A stretch of DNA of 32,745 nucleotides, from NCBI RefSeq assembly GCF_001194135.2, contig NC_068983.1, forward strand, positions 78,080,931 through 78,113,675. Direction: 5' to 3'. Both the position numbers and the translations under genes were made by a program. This stretch comes from Octopus bimaculoides (taxonomy: Eukaryota). Below the pieces are notes generated by a model, which was not told the DNA's origin, did no database searches, and was given only the letters and a program-made list of their open reading frames with translations. Shown in pieces: positions 1-11,160 of this stretch (position 1 is the first letter of the stretch; the number at the start of each line of letters is the position of its first letter).

Positions 1-169
1 AGAAAAATAAAAAATAGAAAACTAAACAAATAAAATAAAGGGAGAAAAAGGAAAGAAAATTTACAGCAACAATGCTCTACTCAATATGTGTGACGTACCA
101 GTTAAGACAATTTGTTGCACTTCCTGCATGAATGGTAAGCTAGGGATCATTCTTCGTTTTCGTTTTCTG

Positions 170-194
170 CTTCTTCTTCTTCTTCTTCTTCTTC

Positions 195-231
<37 letters not shown>

Positions 232-246
232 CATTATTATTATTAT

Positions 247-294
<48 letters not shown>

Positions 295-342
295 GAGTAG
301 TAGTAGTAGTAGTAGTAGTATTTTTATTATTATTATTATTAT
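170..342. repeat. Compound trinucleotide microsatellite (CTT)n-(ATT)n-(AGT)n-(ATT)n
   Basis: Directly visible; explains the poly-L/I/S/R/N/T ORFs at 61-370. Confidence 0.98.
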
Positions 343-343
343 C

Positions 344-535
344 AAGACAAGCTAGCAGAATTGTTAGCACAAAATGATTAGTGGCATTTCATACATTTTT
401 ACATTCCACCATGTTCAAATTCCACCAAGGCCAATTTTGCCTTTCATCGTTTTGGGTTTGATGGAGAAAAGGACCAGTTGAGAGCTGGAGTTGATGTAAT
501 TAACTAGCCCCTTCACTAAAATTTCAGGTTTTGGA
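344..535 (+). mobile_element. tRNA-derived SINE, family A, decayed copy
   Basis: A-box-like CTAGCAGAATTG and B-box-like ATGTTCAAATTCC, then the body motif TTTGCCTTTCATC; alignable by eye to 9138-9352, 15264-15478, 21961-22173 and 22195-22403. Confidence 0.85.
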
Positions 536-552
536 TATAGTACAGAGGATAA

Positions 553-1075
553 TAATTATTATTGTTTTCGAGTCGGAAGGCAGTGCATTCCCTCAAAGTG
601 ACACTGGGGTACAATATATCCATCATTGCTACCCATTTGATGTACAACAGATGCATGTATCACAACCGTATGTGCACAATGTGGTAATCTCATATCAAGG
701 TAAACAGTGCATGACCTTGCAGGTGGGGCCCAGTTAGAATTTTCTTGAAGTCAAGTAGACCATACCACTCAAAAGGTCCATGAGTAAGGATTGTTTAAGG
801 ATGATTAACGTAACACCCATGTTTCCAAAGGTGAATTATTCAAATCCCAAAGAATTCGTCTCAACACATGGCTATGATGCTCCCCTACTACGTCTGCTCA
901 TGATCAGAAATGCACATATCGTCAGCCACTAAAAGACATTCTCAACTGGTTAATGTCAAGCAACTGACAAGCAAGTCTGTAGTATTGAGCAGAATATTTG
1001 CTGTAGCCCATCTTTTACACCAAGACAAAACATGTACATGATAACATTTCCAATCAGTTTAAGATCAGAAGCCAT
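553..1075 (-). mobile_element. Dispersed repeat, probable retroposon 3' UTR ending in an AAT-rich tail
   Basis: 560-779 matches the reverse complement of 21675-21915 (shared TCAAAGTGACACTGGGGTA and CCTTGCAGGTGG-GCCCAGTTAGAATTTTCTT...CCACTCAAAAGGTCC). Both copies end next to AAT repeats. Extension to ~1075 is less certain. Confidence 0.65.
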
Positions 1076-1894
1076 TATCATTATGCTAGTGCATGTTAAA
1101 TAAGTTAGCTGGCATTTTATCTTGATGTTTAGTGGCAACAAGTCTCTTCAAATCTTAAGAATCTTTCTTAGTCTGGTACTTTTCTGCAGGTCAGCAAAGC
1201 AAGTTTCAATTACAATCTCTTTCACTCTTTTAGGTAGCATTTGGGTGTTGTGCCAGGAATAACTGTTGTCTTGGTCTTCCACATTTTCCACAGCTGACTG
1301 TTGAGATTCTGATATTTGTGAAGATTTTCAATTTCTCTGGGATTGACTCTGCTTTTATAGAGAATTGCAAAGTCTATGATCTCACACTGTTTGTTTATTT
1401 TGTTTCAATGGTATGGGTCAGTCTTTATGGGGAAATCACACAAGATCATGTAATTTTCATTTCCTATCACAGCATCTGATTCATGTTCATACCACTTTCC
1501 TGTTGTTTTGAAGACACACACTCAGCCAATATCCCAGTATGCACTTTTGCCTACACAGACCTGTCTATGCTTGTACTTCTTTTGCACTAATAAACTGTAC
1601 CCACTAAGAAGTTGATTGATACTCTCATCTCCTTTTCTGCAGATTCTACATTTGTAGTCTGACTGAGTTTTGTCGACCTTTACCTTTATCAGATTTGTTC
1701 TAAGGGCTTGTCTCTGAGTGGATATCATTTGCCTCACATTTCAACTTCTTGTCCATCAGCCAGAATCAGCAATCCCTATTTCCAACAATTTTGGTTTGTT
1801 GCATAAATTGAACATGCAACTCCACTTCTTTCCATTTGTTTATTCTAAAATTGAAATCAAATTCGGTGACAGCACTACATGACTGGCATCCATG

Positions 1895-2306
1895 CTAGTG
1901 GAGTACTAAGAGCACCATCCAAGCATGATTGTTGCCAGGGCCGCTGACTGGCTCCTGTGCTGGTGGCATGTAAAAAGCACCATTCGGGCATGATCATTAC
2001 CAGCATTGCCTTCCTGGCACTTGTGCCGGTGGCACGTTAAAAATAACATTCGAGCGAGATCATTGCCAGTGCCGCTGGACTGGCTCCTGTGCAGGTAGCA
2101 CATAAAAAACACCATTTGAGCCGGTGGTACGTAAAAGCACCCACTACACCCTCGGAGTGGTTGGCGTTAGGAAGGGCATCCAGCTGTAGAAACTCTGCCA
2201 GATGAGATTGGAGCCTGGTGCAGCCATCTGGCTCGCCAGTCCTCAGTCAAACCGTCCAACCCATGCCAGCATAGAGAGCAGATGTTAAACGATGATGATG
2301 ATGATG
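1895..2306 (+). mobile_element. SINE/retroposon family C (internal sub-repeats, RTE-like 3' tail ending in (GAT)n)
   Basis: Repeated GGTGGCAYGTAAAAAGCACC units; tail GGTTGGCGTTAGGAAGGGCATCCAGCTGTAGAAAC...CCAACCCATGCCAGCAT...GTTAAACGATGATG. Related pieces at 10732-11160(-), 25090-25490(-), 28390-28595(+). It splits R4/Dong copy A. Confidence 0.85.
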
Positions 2307-2396
2307 NNNNNNNNNNNNNNNNNNNNNNNNNNNNNNNNNNNNNNNNNNNNNNNNNNNNNNNNNNNNNNNNNNNNNNNNNNNNNNNNNNNNNNNNNN

Positions 2397-2437
<41 letters not shown>

Positions 2438-2443
2438 CGACGA
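2290..2443. repeat. (GAT)n / N gap 2307-2396 / (GAC)n
   Basis: Directly visible; tail of the family C element. Confidence 0.97.
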
Positions 2444-2749
2444 GGATGTTATTCTTTCTTTTCCCTTTGAATTCTCCCATTGTTTCAATCACATTTTGGG
2501 TTTATCTGGCTACTGATTGTATTCTTTCTTTACTCTGCACAACATAATTTTTCACACCTAGTATTGCATTATTAACAGCATCTTCTGGATTTTTGTAATC
2601 CTCTGCCGCATTCTAATCTTTGTAGGTAGAGTCAGTCAGTGTTGTTTTTAGGGTTGAGTGCATTGTACCTTAAGAGCATATTCTTTTATTCTTTTATATG
2701 TTTCAGCCCTACGCCTGTGGCTATGCTGGAGCACCACCAGTGATGTATC

Positions 2750-3180
2750 ATTATTATTTTTATCATTTCAAATATGCATAACAAATTAGACTGTTGGGAA
2801 AGAAAATTTCCTAGCATCAAGCTACAGCAAGTGACCTTAGGTGTCCAGAACCTTCCTAAGTTTCATAGCTGTCTCTAATAGCACTATTTTCTGGAGCTGC
2901 ACTAAACTAGGTTTTATGCATATTTCCTCTAAACATTGGGTCAAAGTTTGGGGGATAGTTTTTAATGCACCTATAACTACAGGGATAAATTTAATGCACC
3001 TATAACTACAAGGATACCTGCATTTTCCTTAGTCTCTGTAACTCAATGGCTAGGTTCTGGTACGTTGCTACTTTCTCTTTCCCTCTCATATTGACTTTCC
3101 ATTTGATACTGTAAAGTCAATTACCTAGCACTTTCTATTTTCTTTGTCTACTACTACTAAATCATGCCTTCTAGCTTCTA
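2750..3180 (-). mobile_element. R4/Dong-like non-LTR retrotransposon, 5'-truncated 3' end, copy B
   Basis: Minus strand reads RRHDLVVVDKENRKC*VIDF...EKVATYQNLAIELQRL...IPVVIGALKTIPQTL...LQKIVLLETAMKLRKVLDT* (stop ~2837), the RLE PD-(D/E)xK C-terminus. A 29-bp tandem duplication lies at 2961-3016 and an AAT-like tail at ~2750. Confidence 0.85.
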
Positions 3181-3209
3181 TTACTCTGTATGTCTGAATG
3201 TTAAAATCC

Positions 3210-3210
<1 letters not shown>

Positions 3211-3246
<36 letters not shown>

Positions 3247-3441
3247 GATGATGATGATGATGATGATGACAATGACAACAACGATGATGAGGATGACGAT
3301 GATGGTGATGCTGGTGGTGACGAAGGTGGCAGTGGCGACAGCAGTGACAGCGGCGGTAGCGGTGGTGGTTGTGGTGGTGACGGTGACGGTGGCAGTGGCG
3401 GTAGTGACGGTGGTGGTGGCAGTGGTGGTGGTGGTGGTGGT
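3211..3441. repeat. Compound/cryptic trinucleotide array (ATT)n-(GAT)n-(GGT/GGC/GAC)n
   Basis: Directly visible; source of the poly-H/T/V ORFs at 3164-3571. Confidence 0.95.
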
Positions 3442-4535
3442 GAATTCTAACAATTGAGGTCAGACATATATATAATTCATATGAAAGAAGAAACCAAGGC
3501 ATGCTTACTTTAGCATTGGTCTGATGTTTATTTACACTAAAGAGAATGAGAATAGTGTTTGTTGAAATCAAGTTAACAACTGAGATTTCACTTAGTTTAT
3601 TTATCTCCTTGTAGTATTTATTTATTCATATTGTAAAAGGTTATATTTGTTGAATCTGACAGCATCCTTGAGAGACACAATGAAGTTCAATACTGATGTG
3701 ATGTGAAACATGTCAATATACCTTGACATGAAGAGGTGATGATTAAACAAAAGATTGTTATATTTCAAGAACTTACCTTCTCTAAATGTGACTCAATAGA
3801 TTTAATGCATTAAAAGGATGATACAAGATTAACAAAGACCATTTTATATTGCATCAAATATAAAATAGTTGAATTAAGTTTGTATCGTACTATTCATTTT
3901 AGTTTCATGAATAATTGTACCTAGACCAACAATACAGAAAGAACTGTTAAGAATTGTAGACTATCAAACTTTTGAGTGATATATTATATTTTGCTTCATT
4001 CATTCATGTTTCAAGTTCAAATCTTACTAGTATTTACTTTTCCCTCTAAGATCTTTGCAGTTAATAAAATAAATGTTAGTGGTTTATTGAAGTCTTTTAA
4101 TAAACAATACTCTATCTCCTATAAAATGTAGATCTTGTACCAAAGTCACAATCATAACGAAGAGGAAATCAATAATTCTGTTTGAGTGAGAAGTTCAATT
4201 CCCAACCATATGGTTTGTTTCAGTTCCATTGTGTAGCAATTTTGGCACTTTGTTCATCTACCTATAGCCCTAGGTTAACGAAAACCTACAGAAACTGAAT
4301 AATTATTTATAAGTATGTGTGCATAGAAGTGCCTTTGTGTGCATAGAGATGTGTATATGTGTGCATGGAGCTGTGTGTTCTTTGTTTTGACATTACATTA
4401 TTGTTGCAAACGAACACCACCATTGTTCAAATGCTATTGTTCATTAGCAATCTTCCATGAAAATATGTCCAACTATGGGGAAATATTTAGAATACATGGA
4501 AGCAATGAGGGTTGTCAGCAGAAAGGGTATTCATC

Positions 4536-5390
4536 TGTATCAGAAGTATTTAGTGCTTTTATATATTTGGTTGTTTAAACTTAAATACACCAGAATGGGC
4601 TGGTTCAGTGGCTTGCCAAATTAGTTGCATGTATTGGTCGGTTACTAACTTTCCAATACATGCAACTAGTTTGGCAAGCCACTAGATCATGAACTAGTTT
4701 GGCAAGCCACTAGATCATGTAACTCGATGGAAAGAAGAGGTCTGGTGAGTCCATTCTGCCGTATTTAAGCTTAAACAACCAAACATATAAGAGCATTACC
4801 CACTTCTGCTACATTATTCCCCCACAGGTGGTTACCAATTATAACAGGGAATAGCAAACGATAAGATTTTAGATAAGTTGAATAAGTGATGATTTATTCC
4901 TCCCATTATAAAAATAAGATTACCAAAAGAGAATGATGATTAAATTATAGTGAGGAACAATGATTTAAATGATTTAAGTTTTGCTGGGTCTAGTGATGTG
5001 GTTGTGGTCTGCTGTCGTTTGCAGTAACGGTGAAGACTGGAGAAGGCTGGTCGAAGAAAGTTGTGAGACAGGCTGGATTTCTGGTTCATCGATGCTAGTC
5101 CTAAGAGATGTAGTGTGTGTTGTCAATGGCTGCTCCCAAAAAACTAGGCAGGCAGAATACAAAGGTTTTTATGACCTTGGGTAGGCTCCAGAGACAAAAA
5201 TGGTCTTTTCAGCATTGAAAATAAACTGTTGCAAACACACGATTGGACAGTTAGTAACTGACCAATACATGCAACTAGTTTGGCAAGCCACTAGATCATG
5301 TGACTCAATGGAAAGAAAAGGTCTGGTGAGCCCATTCTGCAGCATTTAAGCCTAAACAACCAAACATGATAAAAACATTACACACTTTTC
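4536..5390. mobile_element. Long-TIR DNA-transposon-like remnant with one left arm and two right arms
   Basis: 4607-4637 is the near-perfect reverse complement of 4653-4683. 4536-4601 is inverted relative to ~4749-4813. 5243-5390 is a direct copy of 4653-4800 and inverted to 4536-4657. A 28-bp tandem duplication lies at 4664-4719. No clear TSD. Confidence 0.7.
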
Positions 5391-5394
5391 CCAC

Positions 5395-5560
5395 ATAGAA
5401 AATCTGCCTCAAGGAATTATGTCTAACCCATGCAACCACGGAAAAGTGATGATGATGATGATGATGACGATGGTGACGACGTCGACGACGATGACGATGA
5501 CGACGACGACGACGACGATGATGAGGATGATGATGATGATGATGATGATGAGGATGATAA
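5395..5560 (+). repeat. Family C/RTE-type tail fragment followed by a (GAT/GAC)n array
   Basis: TGTCTAACCCATGCAACCACGGAAAAGTG followed by GAT/GAC repeats. Confidence 0.8.
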
Positions 5561-6940
5561 CATGATTTGTACAGTCAAGAACTAGAGTTGATTTAGTTGA
5601 CTGGTACTTATGTATCCAATACTTCTTCAGCAGCTACATTATTTTCTGTGAGGAGAGCTGCTACTCAAGCAATTGTTAGAACTGAAAAAAAAAGTGCATC
5701 CACAGAAAGAAATATCAATAAAAGAAATACAGTGTGATAGATATTACTTTCAGAACATTTAAAGTAAATGAAGCTGCCAGGGAGTTGTGTCTATAATCAA
5801 CTTTGAAATATGCTTAGACACCTCAGAGTTTTATTTTACTTATTTATCTTATAAATCAGTTCTTTTACTTTTGTAAATAAAATTTTGACATATATTGCTA
5901 TGACAAGGACAACTGATCTGACAATGCATAAATTTATATAATTCATATCATGCATTTTTAAAAATTGCATCATTAGTTGTAGGCTTCAAATGAGATGCTC
6001 ACTGAATCAGCTGAATTTCCAATGGGAAAAGAGACAAGGAAATGTATGAACATCTCAGGCAGAATAAGAACCACAAAGTATGATAGACTTCCAGATCTTG
6101 TCTACTGCATTTTACTTACAAGGCTATGGTATATGATATGTGTCAAAAGTGCTGCATAGAGGAATCAAACCCAAAATCACATAGACTTGAAGCAAATTTC
6201 TTTAATACATATTTCACTGAATACTGATTCCTAGTGTTGTCCATATTGTCTCAAGCTATCCAAAAAATCTGCTTCTGCCATCTTTTCTATTTCCTTAATG
6301 TAGAACCATGAGCAGATTTTCCTGAGTTGAGAAATATCATTAGTTAATCCAGTCATCAATTCTAACTGTATCTAGGCTATCTTTCTTATGAGCATGCTTT
6401 CAAAACTTTCAGGATTGTTAGTAAGTGGCTATCATGTTAAAAACTGTAGGACAGTCTGTTGACAGAGATATGGCTGAAATTTTCTTCCTGGCATAGTTCA
6501 AATTAGTTCCTAAACCACATCACTCTTCAGACAAAAATAGCTAACAATGGTTAAAACCTTTTTACATTATACCACTGAAAGATAACAAATTGTATATTTG
6601 TAACTTCTACTATTAAATTTTATCCATTTTTTATTGATTTTATTATATTGATTATAACATGTTATTTAATTTTTCAGCCAGAAAATCTCCATGTATATGC
6701 TCTGGAAATAGCAAACAATTTACAAACAACTATTTTGTATATTCAGAATTAACAGCTTATACATTACTATTAAAATATACATTCAAATCTAGAAGATAAA
6801 TAGATGAGGTCGATAATGTCAAAAAGTCATAAACTTGTCTTGCTCACTGACTTAGAGCATAGATTTCTCCTGAAAAGTTGATATTCACCATTAGGTCACT
6901 GAGAAAGAAAAAAAAAGATGAATTCTTTATTTCTTATTAG

Positions 6941-7135
6941 TGAAAGATATAAAAGCCATCACCATAAAAATCTCTTCCATAAAATATATTAATGATGTGA
7001 TCAATGATAATAAACAGAACTTTTGCCAAGACGATAAATATCAGTTTTGTATAGTAGATAAAACTAACTTTGTGTCCGACACAATCTTAGTCAAGCTTTT
7101 GTCTTTGTCACCAATCATATCATGCTGTTTTCTGG
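6941..7135 (+). other. Candidate internal exon of an unidentified gene (195 nt, phase 1-1)
   Basis: Acceptor TTTATTTCTTATTAG and donor CTGG|GTGAGT; length divisible by 3; one frame open (KDIKAITIK...CCFLG). No recognisable protein similarity. Confidence 0.2.
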
Positions 7136-7989
7136 GTGAGTTTCACAGTTAAGATCTTACATCTTTTATAAAATTAATCAATCAAATATTAGTGCTACAA
7201 ATCGGTTCTTTTATATCAAAATATAAACATTATTAACAAACCAGAAAATATTTTATTTGTATTCATTTTTTTTTAAGGTTTCTGAAAGCTCTTTAACAAT
7301 TCAGTATTTTTGTTGAATGTTTAAATAAAGTAATTTTGGTTTAGTTGTTTTCTTTAATATGAAGTAGAGATAACTGAAATATCTTGTGTTTTGTATTTTA
7401 TACATTGTTTGCATTTTATTCAGAGAAATTATCATGTACAAAATATTTGAATCTGGATAGAATGGGGCATATCAACATCACAAGTAAAAGAGGCAGAAGA
7501 AAAGGAAAATCAATTCTCTGAATAATAAATCTCCTAGATTTATATTGTTTACAATAGCACACCTTTATCTTAGATAAATGCAGTTAAATTTTATTAGAGA
7601 AGAATTGTCTGTATTAGCATTGAATAAGTCAAAGACTGGAGGTTTGTATTGAGAAGATTCAACTGTACTAATTTCTAAGTTTATATTGCATGCATTTATA
7701 TTTTCTATATACATCTACAATATCTCATTATTGAATATTTATGACTACTAGTCATAATTCACGTAGGTAGGCATTAAAATATAACCATTTTTCATTCCTT
7801 TAGTTTCTTTCACTTTTGTAGTAGCCTTCCTCTGTTACATAGCCCCTGGAAATATTTTCCTTCCTTCAATCAGTAATTAGATATTTATTAAATTCCTACT
7901 AAACTTATAGCAGGATTGTTCAAAATATTTATGTAATTTCTTAATATTCTGTCATCAGCTAGAAAACCCAAAATATTTACATTTAATTA

Positions 7990-8036
7990 TGTGTGTGTGT
8001 GTGTGTGTTTGAGAGAGAGAGAGAGAGATCATTGTT

Positions 8037-8076
<40 letters not shown>

Positions 8077-8126
8077 ACATCATCATCATCATCATCATCA
8101 TCATCACCATCACCATTATCATCATC
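7990..8126. repeat. (TG)n-(AG)n-(CAT)n compound microsatellite
   Basis: Directly visible. Confidence 0.97.
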
Positions 8127-8129
8127 TAG

Positions 8130-8640
8130 ATGACATGTCCAAGAAGGTGAATAGAAAAGTGTATAGAAAGAAAAGAATCAGCAGGAATTGATTACAAGAC
8201 AGTGAGAGGGGGATGTAAGCATGGGATGGAAGCAGTCAGATTGATATAGGAAATAAGTGTAGTGAATGAGTTGTGGGAAAATGACAATGATGGGAGGATG
8301 TCAACTGAGAGTAACTCAGTAAAGAGTGATGGCTGACAGTACAGAAATAGTAATACGAAGCAGTTTGTAGTAACAGGTTCTAATTCCATTACTTACAACA
8401 GCAGCATAATACTGTAGATAGATGGAGATGGAGATAGAGAACTGAGTGATAAGGAAAGGATGGGTGGAGTTCAAGTCTCCAAGAATGAAGAGGAGAAACT
8501 GAGAGATGCATAAATCAGAGGTGTTGGGGACAGTGGTAAAAATGATAGCAAATATGGGTTGGGTTGTGATGAGAGGCTCAGGGAGGGAAAAAGTAAAATT
8601 CAATGGTAGACTTGACAATGTCACTCAGTTCACTGAGTGA
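8130..8640 (-). mobile_element. CR1/Jockey-group LINE fragment, APE endonuclease region, decayed
   Basis: Minus strand is pyrimidine-rich and reads LFILGDLNSTHP (GDFN-like APE motif), then VLLFLYCQPSLF...LPSLSFSHN resembling the LDLFLTS...LGSSDH segment. Confidence 0.5.
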
Positions 8641-8724
8641 GGGACTTAGTTGTATCTATAGTGTGCATATGCATGCTTGTATAACATCAGCTGTGTGCAT
8701 ACACATTTTAAAACTTTAATCTCT

Positions 8725-9050
8725 CTGTGCTAGCATGGTTAGGTAGGTTTTCGTGACCACTGCATATCACCAAATCATTTCAGTCTTTTGTCATTTCCCT
8801 CTTCTCCAAATTCCATCTAATGTAAGCAATCGGCACTTCTTTATACAACTATTCTAATCCATACAATTCACATAGCTAAACCAATGCAGCCTTTTCTCAT
8901 GTGTGCTACATTTGATTTCTCTTATGTTCAGTGTTTATCTCAGCAAATTTATACTTTGTCAATCAAGCACTCTAATTTCACACTTTCAGTGAATCATGCT
9001 TAGAACGTTAAGTTTGTACCATGTAAGTCTTGAATGCATGTAACACCTTG
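8725..9050 (-). mobile_element. RTE-clade LINE, ORF2 C-terminus plus 3' tail, decayed
   Basis: One minus frame reads SMIH*KCEIRVLD*QSINLLR*TLNIREIKCSTHEKRLHWFSYVNCMD*NSCIKKCRLLTLDGIWRRGK*QKT, matching the RTE consensus (RRLRWFGHVMRM...KKC...G...RGRPRKTW). It is followed by the tail CCTACCTAACCATGCTAGC. Confidence 0.8.
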
Positions 9051-9137
9051 TTGTTGATGGTGGTGATGTTGTTTAGCCATAGGTTATCCTTGGCTGAGCT
9101 GACCTATGACCAAAAATCTTCAGGATATAGAGATATT

Positions 9138-9352
9138 GGTTTCAAATTTTGGCACTAGTCCAGCAAGTTCTGGGGAAGGGGTTAAGTCGATTACATCAAC
9201 CCCAGTGTTCAGCTGGTACTTATTTTATCGTACCCCAAGAGGATGAAAGACAAAGTCAACTTTAGCAGAATTTGAACTCAGAACATAAAGATGGACAAAT
9301 GCCACTAATCATTTTGTCCAGCATGCTAACAATTCTGCCAGCTCCCCACCTT
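9138..9352 (-). mobile_element. SINE family A
   Basis: Reverse complement of the family A copies; near full length. Confidence 0.9.
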
Positions 9353-9759
9353 AGATACAGATGTATTATTAGATAATTTATATGATATAAATATATAGTA
9401 ATATATTTGGATGAATTCTAAATAAATGCTTAAATCTTATTTTTTTTACTTGAGTCTGGAGGAAGAGTTCTCCAGAATCGGTGAACTAGATGCAATAAAT
9501 GCTACATTTAATTTTTTACAGGTTAACACTTGCAGGAAAGATATAATGATCACATATTTTTATATACCTTTTTCATCATTTATTAAGATTGCATGGTACA
9601 ATTTGAGAGACATTTGTATGCTAATTCTAACAGGTCTTATATACACAATGATGCTTCTTCACTTGATATAAATACCAATGACATACTGTATAATTGATTC
9701 AGTTATCTCTATAACTGTCCCTAATAAAAACTATCCTTGCATCTAAATCAGTAATGGGC

Positions 9760-10145
9760 TGCTGACCTGCTAAAAGCAACAGCCAAATCTGCTTCAAACC
9801 ACATCTTGCAGGCTCAAAAACAGCACACTAGATAACATGGCCAAGAGTGTACTGTGTCTGAAAAACAAGAGAAAATGAAATGTTCTTGGTTGAAATGTTT
9901 TTGATAATAGGTCCATTCAATCCAGGCTCTAAACTACAACAGCAGTCAATGAGCCAATGAGTCTCTCTGTATGATTGCTGTTAGAAATAGGAACCAAACT
10001 CTTTGCAAACTTTTCTGCAACCTTGAAAGGAAGTGCATTGGATAATGTAGTCTAGGATGTAGTGTGTCACAGAAAGATACAAGATACCCATGGCAGGAAT
10101 ATTTATTACAGTAGGTGTTTGCCTAATCAGAGCACTTTAGAGCAA
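9760..10145 (+). repeat. Two adjacent decayed copies of a ~190-bp dispersed repeat
   Basis: Units start GCTGACCTGCTAAAAGCAACAGCCAAA and GATTGCTGTTAGAAATAGGAACCAAA and share (T/C)AGATAA.../GGATAATGTAGTC and TAGGT motifs. Inverted fragments at ~9065-9125 and ~16605-16700. Confidence 0.45.
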
Positions 10146-10685
10146 AAACAGAAAAGCAAACAACATCAACACTCATACATCAATAATGTTCAGATAATTA
10201 CTGTCAGTTAAATTTCTAATGTGCATTTAAAAGCCATAGCAGTATTAATGTAAAGAAGTTGAATAAATGACTTGGAAAGTGTAAAAAAATATTGGTTGGT
10301 CTAGTCAAGAAAGATTAGTTAAATTAGCTTAAACAACATCTGTTTGGTCAAAAATAGTAGCAAGTTATTGTCTGGTGAAATTAGGATTAGTCATAGGAAA
10401 ATAAAGACATTAAGTAGATTATATATTGTGTATGATTTTGAAGACTTAGTGATTATAAAAGAACTAAGTGTAATTGCAACTAAGTGTAATTGAAACCAAA
10501 GCTGCCTTGACCATGATTTTTAGCATCAGTACCTACCTCGAACTGGTATTTACATTAGTAATCACAATTCTCTCTCTTCACAAAATCTATGACATATTTT
10601 TAAATGTTTAAGTCAGAAAAATAAAGAAGGCAATGCTTATAAAACTTCACAGTGCCATTGAAACTGGCAGTAGAAAGGTAGGCTC

Positions 10686-10690
10686 TGTGT

Positions 10691-10732
<42 letters not shown>

Positions 10733-11160
10733 ATCATCATCATCGTTTTATTCCCACTTTTCCTGCTTGCATGGCTTGGACAGGTTGTTATAGTACAGTC
10801 TGAGTCATTTCTTATTGGGGGCTACTGTTCTCATAGACTTGTAGTTATACATGTCATGTGGGTTAGTTTCTACAGTTGGACACCCTTCTTATCAATTACC
10901 ACTTTACAGAGTGTACTAGGCACATTTTCTTGTGGCACCAATACTGAAAATATTGATAAGTCCTTGGCAAGACAGGACTCGTACGACCTCACAACTCTAC
11001 ACTTGCTCCATACTTTACAGTATGCAGTGAATGTATTGTTATGGTGCCAATCATGGAGAATTTCTCCAACTGACCAATTACTTAAGACAAGAAGAAACAG
11101 GGCACCAGCACAAGAAGGGTTTACCTTGTGCACAGAGTTTGTACAGAGTACTCAGTAACA
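10686..11160 (-). mobile_element. (TG)n/(CAT)n followed by a family C retroposon copy
   Basis: CATCATCATCGTTTTATTCCCACTTTTCCTGCTTGCATGG is the reverse-complemented family C tail; CTACAGTTGGACACCCTTC...CCACTTTACAGAGTGTACT matches the family C body. ORFs 10691-11158 and 10870-11133 are read-through. Confidence 0.75.

Larger units (their letters stand above)
1080..2645 (-). mobile_element. R4/Dong-like (RLE-clade) non-LTR retrotransposon, decayed 3' portion, copy A, interrupted by a SINE
   Basis: Collinear minus-strand peptides with frameshifts and stops: LYLQRLECGRGL...EDAVNNAILGVKNYVVQSKER (~2510-2625); WKEVELHVQF...QALRTNLIKVKVDKTQSDYKCRICRKGDESINQLLSG (zinc-knuckle region, ~1580-1850); KWYEHESDAVIGNENYMILCDF (~1500); QLWKMWKTKTTVIP (~1255-1295); RKILKI* (stop ~1148). 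These match the post-RT, CCHC and restriction-like endonuclease segments of R4/Dong elements. Confidence 0.85.

Noticed and set aside
61-370. ORFs of poly-I/L/S/T/N/R, and similar ORFs at 2247-2516, 3164-3571, 7991-8191, 21343-21702 and 22356-22647
   Set aside because: Stop-free reading of trinucleotide microsatellites in several frames at once; no complex sequence.
5117-5184. CVVNGCSQKTRQ resembling a THAP zinc-finger start inside the long-TIR structure
   Set aside because: Only the first Cys pair matches; no FP, W or later C/H residues before the stop. A profile search would be needed.
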